In this document: positions 11,519 to 20,098 of the stretch, one piece after another
Position numbering within the stretch: the stretch's first letter is position 1
Layout: each line of letters starts with the position of its first letter
Origin: Candidatus Methanomethylophilaceae archaeon
Lineage (GTDB): Archaea; Thermoplasmatota; Thermoplasmata; Methanomassiliicoccales; Methanomethylophilaceae
Reading direction: 5' to 3'
Assembly (NCBI GenBank): GCA_944320495.1
Contig: CALUHR010000006.1
Location: 31,275 to 95,274 of the forward strand
Length of the DNA: 64,000 bases
Program-made: the position numbers and the translations under genes
Notes under the pieces: model-generated
Databases searched by the model: none
Seen by the model: the letters and a program-made list of their open reading frames with translations, nothing else
Told to the model about the DNA's origin: nothing

Positions 11519-11567
11519 AGGCCAGCCCCTCGAATCATGTTTATAGGCGCTAAGGTTAGCACCGCTC

Positions 11568-12470
11568 ATGAAGCTCCTGATGACCGGGAAGGTCAAAGAG
11601 GTCTACGAGGTCGACGAGGACACCCTCGAGTTCGCATACACCGACAACATCTCCGTCTTCGACAAGATCATACCCTCCAAGGTCCCCCACAAGGGCGAGA
11701 CCCTCTGCAGGACCGCCAAGTACTGGTTCAACCTGATGAACCAGGAGGGCATCCACAACGACTTCCTGAGCGAGCCCTCCAAGGACAGGATGCGCGTCAG
11801 GAGGGTCAGGGTCATCCGCGACTACTCCAAGATCGACGGTACCACCACCAATTATCTGATCCCGCTGGAGGTCATCTGCAGGTACTACGCCGCCGGATCA
11901 CTCCTGGACAGGATCAAGTCCGGCAAGGTCACCCCCGAGCAGCTCGGCTTCCCCGCCGGTTACCAGGTCAAGAAGGGCGACAAGCTCCCGACCCCGTTCA
12001 TCGAGTGCACCACCAAGCTGGAGGCCCACGACGAGAACCTCACCGATGAGCAGGCCAAGGAGATGGCCGGGCTCTCCGACGCCGAGTTCCAGGAGATCAA
12101 GGACACCGTCCTCAGGATCGACGCCCTCATCGAGAGGGAGGCAGGCAAGCGCGGTCTCATCCACGTCGATGGCAAGAAGGAGTTCGGATACGACAAGGAC
12201 AGGAAGCTGATGGTCGTGGACACCTTCGGCACCCTGGACGAGGACCGCTGGTGGGACGCCGACGAGTACGCCAAGGGCAACATCGTCGAGCTCTCCAAGG
12301 AGTTCGTCCGCCAGTACTACCGCGAGACCGGCTATCACGACGCCCTCTACGACGCCCGCGAGAAGGGACTCCCCGAGCCGGACATACCCGCGCTCCCCCA
12401 GGAGATTATCGACCGCGTGAGCAAGCTCTACGTCGACATGTACGAGCGCATCACCGGCGAGAAGTTCTGA
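11568..12470 (+). CDS. purC: SAICAR synthetase
   Basis: TGKVKEVY, DNISVFD, IPLEVICRYY, DGKKEFG, SKEFVRQY. Confidence 0.95.
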   Translation: MKLLMTGKVKEVYEVDEDTLEFAYTDNISVFDKIIPSKVPHKGETLCRTAKYWFNLMNQEGIHNDFLSEPSKDRMRVRRVRVIRDYSKIDGTTTNYLIPLEVICRYYAAGSLLDRIKSGKVTPEQLGFPAGYQVKKGDKLPTPFIECTTKLEAHDENLTDEQAKEMAGLSDAEFQEIKDTVLRIDALIEREAGKRGLIHVDGKKEFGYDKDRKLMVVDTFGTLDEDRWWDADEYAKGNIVELSKEFVRQYYRETGYHDALYDAREKGLPEPDIPALPQEIIDRVSKLYVDMYERITGEKF

Positions 12471-12479
12471 TCAAACCCT

Positions 12480-12501
12480 GCCCCGTCCTCGTGGACGGGG
12501 C
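12480..12501 (+). terminator. GC hairpin after purC
   Basis: GCCCCGTCC-tcgt-GGACGGGGC perfect 9-bp stem, 10 nt after the stop. Confidence 0.55.
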
Positions 12502-12761
12502 CTCTACCATCCATCGTTGTTGTGCACCGGGGATGGTATTAGTCACATATGGGAAGTCTCGAAAACCGATTGAAGGCAACATTCGCAAAACTAATTTTGA
12601 AACGTAATTTGTAAAAAATCAATTTTTTTTTTGGAAATATGGATATCGGCAAGGGTCCGAAGTATCACTGGACCATTGCATTTCGATAGGCGGATCAGCA
12701 GGGGCCCATGGTCCCATTATAAAGCGTCGGTCGACGATCCCCGTCGCAGGAGAGTACCCGA

Positions 12762-13325
12762 ATGAAGGATCTCGGAGTGAAGCCCTACGTGTTCCCGATG
12801 CCGGTGGCCCTCATAGCCACCTACAACGACGATGGTACGGTCGATGTCATGAACATGGCCTGGGGAGGCATATGCGAGGCCGACAAGGTCGCGCTCAACC
12901 TCGACGGCGGTCACAGGACCACGGAGAACATCCGCAGGAGGAGGGCGTTCACGCTGAGTCTCCCGGATGTGGCGCACATCGCCGAGGCGGACTACTTCGG
13001 CATAGCGTCGGCCAACGACGTCTCTGACAAGTTCGAGAGGACCGGCCTGACCGCCGAGAGGAGTGCCAGGGTGGACGCGCCCGTCGTCAGGGAGTTCCCC
13101 CTGACGCTGGAATGCACCCTGCACGAGGAGCAGAAGGTCGGGAACGACGTCCGCTTCGTCGGCCGGATCGTGAACGTGCTCGCCGACGAGAGGGTCCTCG
13201 ACGACAAGGGGAACGTCGACCCGGTGAAGCTGGACCCGGTGATGTACGACACCTTCCAGAGCGGCTACTACGCCCTCGGGAGGAAGGTCGGCCAGGCCTG
13301 GGACACGGGCGGGAAGTACAATTGA
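12762..13325 (+). CDS. Flavin reductase (flavoredoxin) family protein
   Basis: PMPVALIATY, NMAWGG, VDAPVVREFPLTLEC. Confidence 0.88.
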   Translation: MKDLGVKPYVFPMPVALIATYNDDGTVDVMNMAWGGICEADKVALNLDGGHRTTENIRRRRAFTLSLPDVAHIAEADYFGIASANDVSDKFERTGLTAERSARVDAPVVREFPLTLECTLHEEQKVGNDVRFVGRIVNVLADERVLDDKGNVDPVKLDPVMYDTFQSGYYALGRKVGQAWDTGGKYN

Positions 13326-13373
13326 GAGAACAAGGAGGCCGGTCCCGCCGGACCTCCGGTTAAAACCCCCGCC

Positions 13374-13799
13374 TCAGAGGAGGTCCACGGCGACGAGCCT
13401 GTCCCCTCTGGGACACTCGACGTCTTTTCCCATCTTCGCGACCGTGTACTTCGACCCCTCGGTTTTGCCGACGGGATGGCACAGACCGTAGTTCGGGCAG
13501 CCGATCTCGTCGCACTTCGAGACTGAGTAAGTGATCGTGATGCCCTCGAGCAGACCCTTCTTCGGGAGTATCGCGGGTGTCACGGTCTTCTCGACCTCGA
13601 CCGCAACGACGGGCTCGTCCTCCAGGAGGACGCAGGCATGCTCCTGTCCCCTGACGGACGTCACCCTGAAGCGCGTGCCCGCCTCAAGGTTGTGGCAGAC
13701 GTTCCTGAGCTTGCATCCGTCGCACTCCTCGGCGGGGCCGATGTAGTAGAACTCGGACCCCTCCTTCGCTATCGCCTTCCCCACGAGAGTTATGGCCAT
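13374..13799 (-). CDS. UPF0179 family archaeal protein
   Basis: MAITLVGK...ECDGCKLRNVC...CDEIGCPNYGLC; TGATG overlap with egsA. Confidence 0.8.
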   Translation of the reverse strand: MAITLVGKAIAKEGSEFYYIGPAEECDGCKLRNVCHNLEAGTRFRVTSVRGQEHACVLLEDEPVVAVEVEKTVTPAILPKKGLLEGITITYSVSKCDEIGCPNYGLCHPVGKTEGSKYTVAKMGKDVECPRGDRLVAVDLL

Positions 13800-14863
13800 C
13801 AGATCACCCCTGTGACGGTGGCCACCCTCTCGGCGACCTCCTCGGTTATGCCGTTGTCTCCCAGGATGGTGAACCTGTCCTTCCTTATTTCGGTGGCATG
13901 GGCGAGGGAGTAGACGATCTCCTCCGCGGGAATCCCCAGTTCTTTGGCGGTGGTCGGTGCCCCGATCTCGGCCAGCGCGTCCCTTATGTGTTCCCAGTCC
14001 CCTCCGTGGAGGTACATAGTCATGATGGATCCGACACCGCACTGCTCGCCGTGGAGGGCCCTGCCGGGGCATCTGAGGTCCAGCATGTGGGAGAACATGT
14101 GCTCCGCCCCGCTGGTGGGCCTGGAGCTCCCGGCGAAGCTCATGGAGACTCCCGACATGATGATCGGCTTGATGGCGATCCAGACGCTGTCCTCCACGCC
14201 TGGCTTGATGAGGCTGGACGCGTCGAGGATCTCCTCGGCCGCGTGCTTGGAGAGCGAGTAGGCGGTGCGGCTGAAGGATTCGCCCTTCAGCCTCCTGGCG
14301 AAGTCCCAGTCCATGATCGCCGTGAGATTGGAGATGACGTCCGCGCACCCGGAGGCGAGGAGCCTGTACGGTGCCTGGCTGATGATCTCGGTATCCGCCA
14401 GGACGCCCATGGGGGACGCGGATTCGATGGATCTGGACCCTTCGGCGGATTTGAGCGAGGCCCTGTTGGAGGCTATGCCGTCGTGGGATGCGGACGTGGG
14501 GATGGCGACGAACGGGAGATGGAGCTCGTTGGAGACGACCTTGGCGAGGTCGATCTTGCTCCCCCCGCCGACGGCGAGTATGAACGATGACCCGGACTCC
14601 CTGGCCCTCCTGCAGATGAGGTCGACGTTCTCCTGGGTGGCGTCCCCGACCCTGCACATGTCCAGGTCGTAGCCGTCCATGATGTCCATCACGCGCTTCC
14701 CGGCCACCTCGGCGGTCCTGCCGCCGGTGATGATCGTGCCCGCCCCTCTGAAGTGCAGCCTCTCGCACATGCCGCGGACGTCCTCGATGACGCCATGGCC
14801 GGCCACGACGTCCCTGGGCATCTCGACGGCCTTGACCTTGCTGAAGTATCCCATCTCGCTCAC
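13799..14863 (-). CDS. egsA: sn-glycerol-1-phosphate dehydrogenase
   Basis: GGGSKID, PTSASHDGIAS, SRPTSGAEHMFSH, HGEQCG; start may be ATG 14854. Confidence 0.92.
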   Translation of the reverse strand: MSEMGYFSKVKAVEMPRDVVAGHGVIEDVRGMCERLHFRGAGTIITGGRTAEVAGKRVMDIMDGYDLDMCRVGDATQENVDLICRRARESGSSFILAVGGGSKIDLAKVVSNELHLPFVAIPTSASHDGIASNRASLKSAEGSRSIESASPMGVLADTEIISQAPYRLLASGCADVISNLTAIMDWDFARRLKGESFSRTAYSLSKHAAEEILDASSLIKPGVEDSVWIAIKPIIMSGVSMSFAGSSRPTSGAEHMFSHMLDLRCPGRALHGEQCGVGSIMTMYLHGGDWEHIRDALAEIGAPTTAKELGIPAEEIVYSLAHATEIRKDRFTILGDNGITEEVAERVATVTGVI

Positions 14864-14911
14864 GCATCCTGATGGGTGCAGATTATTAATTCAATTTCCC
14901 ATGGACGGGAT

Positions 14912-15454
14912 ATGCCAGCAGCCCTGATACTGTGCGGAAGCGCGCGCGAGGACGGAGTCACCGAGAGGATGTGCCGCACCGCATCGGAGACCCTGGAGTC
15001 GATGGGATACGACACCGTCTCCATCCGCATCACCGACGATGTCTCCCATTGCAGGGACTGCGGACTCTGCAGGGGCGGCCGTTGCGTCCTGGACGACGCG
15101 ATGTCGGGGATATACGAGGAGTTCGCGAAGGCGGACCTCCTGGTGCTGGCGACACCGGTGCACTTCAGCGGCCCGTCGTCGCTGATCAAGTCCGCCGTGG
15201 ACAGGTTCCAGCCGTACTGGTACAACAGGGGCCTGTCCCATCCGTCCGTCGCCCTGGGACTCGTCTGTGCGGGAAGCGACTCCCCCAGGTTCGGACCCAC
15301 CGAGAGCATCTTCAGGGCGTTCTGCGCAACCGTCGGGATGAGATGGCTGGGTCAGTTGGAGTTCCCCGATACCGACAGGAACGGAGGGGAGGGCGCGGCG
15401 GAGGCCGTGGAGGGATTCATCAGAAGCGCGGTCGGAGCCTCAGCGGAGCAATGA
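14912..15454 (+). CDS. NADPH-dependent FMN reductase / iron-sulfur flavoprotein family
   Basis: GSAREDGVT, CxxCxxC...C motif, ATPVHF. Confidence 0.85.
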   Translation: MPAALILCGSAREDGVTERMCRTASETLESMGYDTVSIRITDDVSHCRDCGLCRGGRCVLDDAMSGIYEEFAKADLLVLATPVHFSGPSSLIKSAVDRFQPYWYNRGLSHPSVALGLVCAGSDSPRFGPTESIFRAFCATVGMRWLGQLEFPDTDRNGGEGAAEAVEGFIRSAVGASAEQ

Positions 15455-16112
15455 GGAGGCCGGTGCAGCATCCCTCCATGGCGGACCCGTCGGTGACGAA
15501 CGGGACGCTAAGGGGATGCAGGTCGAGGACCCTCTCCCACTTGTATGCGGTCACCGAGCCGTCGGTGTCCAGGATGCACGTCCTATGGAATCCCAGATCA
15601 TCCAGGCGCCCGATCGTCTCCCTCAGGTCCGCCGGAGCGATGGAGCGGTTCACGACCTTGCCGTTCCTGACGAACACCGTCGGGATGGCGCTGTCCGACA
15701 TGGACAGGATATCCTGGAGATCATCGTCCGACGCCACCGCGTGATAGGGGAACAGAACCGACTCCGCGGTCGTGTTGAACGCGTCCATGAGGTCGTCCGC
15801 GTCCTGCACCCATGCCAGGAACCATATGTCCCGTCCGCGGAGCCTCATGCCCTTGAGGACGGCCTCGCGGAACCCGCGGGCACGTATGCTGTCCCAGTCG
15901 ACGACCACGGCGGGTTCGCGGGTCTCTCCGCGCGGGATCGATGCCGCCGCGTCGGCGAACGGGATGACGCGGTCCCCCGTCTCGGGGAGGCATCTCCCCT
16001 CGGGTACGGAGACGGCGCCGATGGCGTCCTCTCCCATCTCGACTGCGAACACGGCCGGGATCTGCATGTCATCCCCCAAGGCCAGCATCGCGTATAGCGG
16101 TTGCGGGGACAT
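15432..16112 (-). CDS. Hypothetical protein, possibly a HisA-like barrel; first CGA 15432-15434, TGA four codons later
   Basis: Coding-like codon use; fold is a weak inference. Confidence 0.5.
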
Positions 16113-16192
16113 GTAAACGGCCCTTACCAAAACGGCCTGAGAGGGAACCTTATTAACAACGTTGACAGGGATGCCGACACAGAGGTTTCCAA

Positions 16193-16567
16193 ATGAGCGC
16201 GAAATTCATCTGCGAGAAATGCGGCACCGCCGTCGAGGTTCTGTACAAGGGAGGATGCAACCCGTCCTGCTGCGGCCAGCCCATGAAGGAGGCCGAGTAC
16301 AGGACCGAGGACGCCGCCAAGGAGAAGCACGTCCCCTACATCACCCGCGAGGGCGACATGGTGCGCGTCGTCGTCGGAAAGGAGACCCTCCACCCGATGA
16401 CCGAGGAGCACTACATCGTCTACATCGAGATCGACGCCGACGGCATCCTGATGAGGAAGTACCTCAAGCCCGGAGACGCCCCCGAGGCGTGCTTCAAGAC
16501 CGATGCCGAGAACATCGTCGCCTACGAGATGTGCAACAAGCACGGGTTCTGGCAGTCCAACCAGTGA
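16193..16567 (+). CDS. Desulfoferrodoxin / superoxide reductase
   Basis: CEKCG...CCGQPM, EKHVP, HPMTEEHYI, CNKHG. Confidence 0.92.
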   Translation: MSAKFICEKCGTAVEVLYKGGCNPSCCGQPMKEAEYRTEDAAKEKHVPYITREGDMVRVVVGKETLHPMTEEHYIVYIEIDADGILMRKYLKPGDAPEACFKTDAENIVAYEMCNKHGFWQSNQ

Positions 16568-16684
16568 TCCCGGGGGCCCTCCGGGCCCCCCGACAAAACA
16601 GCGGGATTCCCACGTCCCGTGACCTTCCCCTGTTCTTGTATTTATATGGCCAAGGGTTCACCCGCCTCAGTAAAGGTGACTGCG

Positions 16685-17158
16685 ATGGCCAAGAAGATCA
16701 TCGAGACCACTGGTGACGACGCGAAAGCGAAAGCCAGGCACGCGAAGCTCGCCAGGGAGCGCGAGGAGGCCGAGGAGAAGGAGAAGAACCGCGCCTCGGA
16801 CGAGTACTGGAGGAACCGCCGCGCCAACGAGAAGCGCAAGGAGGAGATCAAGAAGCTCCCGAAGGAGGAGCGCGCCGAGGCCAAGAGGAAGCTCCGCGAG
16901 GACATCCGCGCCAACAAGGAGAACTACAAGCGCGAGAAGCGCGAGCTCCGCGAGAAGGAAAGGGCCGAGAGGGAGGCCGCGAAGAACGTCCACGCCGCCC
17001 CCGCCGAGAAGCCTGCGGAGAAGGAGGCCCCGAAGGAGGAGCCGAAGGCCGCGGAGCCCGCTCCCGAGACCCCTGAGGCGCCCGCTGCCGAGGCTCCCGC
17101 CGAGGCGCCGGCCGAGACCCCTTCGAAGGCTCCGGAAGAGCCCGACAAGAAGGATTGA
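16685..17158 (+). CDS. Lys/Glu/Arg-rich coiled-coil protein with Pro/Ala/Glu tail
   Basis: Host-like codon use, low-complexity charged sequence. Confidence 0.65.
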   Translation: MAKKIIETTGDDAKAKARHAKLAREREEAEEKEKNRASDEYWRNRRANEKRKEEIKKLPKEERAEAKRKLREDIRANKENYKREKRELREKERAEREAAKNVHAAPAEKPAEKEAPKEEPKAAEPAPETPEAPAAEAPAEAPAETPSKAPEEPDKKD

Positions 17159-17245
17159 AACCAGTTTCACGTTGTTAACCGCCCGGGGGTATCCCCTCGG
17201 GCCCATCCAGACTTCCGTTCCCAAGGTCCTGGTTTTAAGTACCTA

Positions 17246-20038
17246 TTGCAATCCCCTCACGTGGTCAAAGGTTCGATCGACACCCCAGAAGAAAGGCTCT
17301 ACCGCGCGGCGTCCACGGACGTCGACGATGTGCTGAAGGAATACGACAGCAGACCGGAAGGTCACTTCAACGAAGAGATTACAACTTCCCGTATCCAGTA
17401 TGGGAAAAACGAGGTGACGAACCACAACAGGCACGTCGTCCTGAAGAGGCTCGCCAAATCATTCGGTAACATTTTCATAATCACTCTTGCGGTCATCGAC
17501 ATCCTTTGGATGGTCCTTGAACCGGACATCATCTACTTCATCATCCTCACGACGCTCATCCTCGTCAGCGGAACCGTCACTTTCATCCAGGAGACCCGCA
17601 GCTCGAAGGCGGCGGCCCAATTGGTCAGCATGGTGACGACCATAATCACCGTCCGCCGCGAGGACATGGAGATCGAGATCGACTCCAAGGAACTCGTCGT
17701 GGGAGACATCATCATCCTGGACACCGGGGACATGGTCCCAGCCGATGTCAGGATCATCAGTTCCAATCACCTCAAGGTCGACCAGTCCGCCCTGACGGGG
17801 GAGTCGGGCGGGGTCACCAAATACTCCGAGACCTCCGATGCGGAGGACCTCCTCGAATGCAACAACATGGCCTTCATGGGCACCAACGTCGTCGGCGGTT
17901 CCGCCGAGGCCATCGTCGTCGCGGTCGGCGACGACACGGTGTTCGGCTCCATGGCCGAGAAGCTCACCGCCAAGAAGCCCTCCACCACCTACGACAAGGG
18001 CACCAAGTCCATCGTCAACGTCCTGCTGAGGATCATGTACTGCATGGTCCCGCCCGTGTTCCTGATCATGATAGTCAAGGACTATCTGAACAACGGCAGC
18101 TTCAGCGTGGACGGGGTCCTCACCGCGGTCACCTTCGCGCTCACCCTCGCCATCGGTCTGATGCCCGAGATGCTGGCCACCATAGTGTCGGCCAACCTCG
18201 CCAAGGGTTCCATCGACATGTCGAAGAAGAAGGTCATCGTCAAGGACGTGACCGCCATCCAGAACTTCGGCGCGATGGATGTCCTGTGCTCGGACAAGAC
18301 CGGCACTCTCACGCAGAACCGCATCTCCGTCGAGTCCTGCAACGATATCTACGGCAATCCCAGCCACTCCGTCGAGCTGATGTCCTGCCTCAACGCCCAC
18401 AACCTCAGGTCTGCCACCAACCAGATCGACTGGGCTCTCGACGAGTACGCCGAGGAGGAGGACGGGCTGCTGGACGAGGTCGAGCAGTACGAGTACATAG
18501 GGGACGTCCCCTTCGACTTCATCAGGAGGAGGGCGACGGTCATCGTGAAGAAGGACGAGGAGGTCAACCTCATGATCTCCAAGGGCGCCATGCCCGAGAT
18601 CCTCTCCATCTCCACAGGATACCTCGACGAGAACAGGGACATCCAGCCCCTGGACGAGAAGACGGTCAACGACATGATGGGCCTCGTGGAGTGGTACAGC
18701 TCCAAGGGGATGCGCGTCCTGGGCATCACCCACAAGTACCTCCCTGCCGGGAAGACCGAGTTCTCCGAGGCGGACGAGTGCGACCTCATCATCGCGGGAT
18801 TCCTGGTGTTCACCGACCCGGTCAAGCCCTCCGCGAAGGCCGCCATCGAGGACATGAAGGACTACGGCATCGCCGTCAAGGTCCTCACCGGCGACAACGA
18901 GTACGTCTCCCGCCACGTCTGCGACCAGATCGGCATATCCACCGAGAACATCCTCGTGGGCCCCCAGATAGACGACATGTCCGATGAGGAGCTCAAGGAT
19001 GCCGTCGAGCAGACCAGCATCTTCGCCCGCCTGAGCCCGGACGACAAGTCCAGGGTGGTCACCGCCCTGAGGGCCAACGGGCACACCGTCGGTGTCATGG
19101 GAGACGGCATCAACGACGTCGTCGCCATGAAGAACGCCGATGTCTCCATCTCGGTCGACACCGGAACGGACATCGCGAAGGAGACCGCCAGCATGATCCT
19201 CCTGGAGAAGGACCTCGGAGTCCTGAAGACCGGGGCGATCGAGGGCAGGAAGGTCTACGTCAACTCCATCAAGTACGTGAAGATGATCGGTTCGATCAAC
19301 TTCGGATACATGTTCTCTCTGATTCTCGGTTCCCTGTTCTTCAACTTCGAGCCGATGGGCGGAATAATGATCCTGATCTTCAACCTGATCAACGACTTCG
19401 CCTGCATCTTCATCATCTGGGACAAGGTGGATGATGAGTTCGTGCGCGAACCGCGGAAATGGGATGCGAAGAATCTGACGACGGTCATGTATCGGTACGG
19501 GCCGATGTGCGTCGTCACGGATCTGATCTCATGGGCGTTCTTCATATTCGTCGTGTTCGCGGCGATAGACGTCACCCTGCCGGCCGATCTCGTCGCGGCC
19601 CACCCGGAGCTCGCCGGCGTGTCCAACGCGTCCGACCTGGTCCTGGGCATGTTCGACCTCGGCAGCACGGAACCCCTCTCGGAAGGAGGTTATGCGGGAT
19701 ACCTGGTGCCCTACATGGTGCTGTTCCAGTCCCTCTGGTGCATCGAGCAGTACTGGATGCAGGTCTGGGCGATCCACATCGTCAGGACCAACAAGCTGCC
19801 GTTCTTCCAGGCCTGGTCCGCCAAGCCCCTGGTCGCGACCACGATCATCGCTCTGATCGTCGGAACCACCCTGCCGTTCACGGGACCCCTCTGGGAGGCC
19901 ATCTCCGGATGCACCGACCTCCTGCCGATCCCGCTATGGGCGCTGATCTTCATGCCCATCATCGGAGCGGTCTACTTCTTCGGCGCCCACGCCATCAAGA
20001 GGCGCGTCCTGAAGAAGTACGGGTTCTTCGCCTGCTGA
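17246..20038 (+). CDS. mgtA: Mg2+-transporting P-type ATPase
   Basis: DKTGT phosphorylation motif, TGES, PFDFIRRR, MGDGINDV, MPEML; TTG start uncertain. Confidence 0.88.
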   Translation: MQSPHVVKGSIDTPEERLYRAASTDVDDVLKEYDSRPEGHFNEEITTSRIQYGKNEVTNHNRHVVLKRLAKSFGNIFIITLAVIDILWMVLEPDIIYFIILTTLILVSGTVTFIQETRSSKAAAQLVSMVTTIITVRREDMEIEIDSKELVVGDIIILDTGDMVPADVRIISSNHLKVDQSALTGESGGVTKYSETSDAEDLLECNNMAFMGTNVVGGSAEAIVVAVGDDTVFGSMAEKLTAKKPSTTYDKGTKSIVNVLLRIMYCMVPPVFLIMIVKDYLNNGSFSVDGVLTAVTFALTLAIGLMPEMLATIVSANLAKGSIDMSKKKVIVKDVTAIQNFGAMDVLCSDKTGTLTQNRISVESCNDIYGNPSHSVELMSCLNAHNLRSATNQIDWALDEYAEEEDGLLDEVEQYEYIGDVPFDFIRRRATVIVKKDEEVNLMISKGAMPEILSISTGYLDENRDIQPLDEKTVNDMMGLVEWYSSKGMRVLGITHKYLPAGKTEFSEADECDLIIAGFLVFTDPVKPSAKAAIEDMKDYGIAVKVLTGDNEYVSRHVCDQIGISTENILVGPQIDDMSDEELKDAVEQTSIFARLSPDDKSRVVTALRANGHTVGVMGDGINDVVAMKNADVSISVDTGTDIAKETASMILLEKDLGVLKTGAIEGRKVYVNSIKYVKMIGSINFGYMFSLILGSLFFNFEPMGGIMILIFNLINDFACIFIIWDKVDDEFVREPRKWDAKNLTTVMYRYGPMCVVTDLISWAFFIFVVFAAIDVTLPADLVAAHPELAGVSNASDLVLGMFDLGSTEPLSEGGYAGYLVPYMVLFQSLWCIEQYWMQVWAIHIVRTNKLPFFQAWSAKPLVATTIIALIVGTTLPFTGPLWEAISGCTDLLPIPLWALIFMPIIGAVYFFGAHAIKRRVLKKYGFFAC

Positions 20039-20046
20039 TCAAACGT

Positions 20047-20064
20047 GGAGGGGTCCGCCCCTCC
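20047..20064 (+). terminator. Hairpin terminator after mgtA
   Basis: GGAGGGG-tccg-CCCCTCC followed by a pyrimidine tract. Confidence 0.55.
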
Positions 20065-20098
20065 CTTCCTTTATATCCCCAATCCGCATCGTCGGCAC

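Noticed and set aside
9756-11553. Apparent 365-aa NadM and 409-aa CinA fusion proteins
   Set aside because: The extensions are out-of-frame translations of the next gene with no domain content; they are better explained by the CGA stops.
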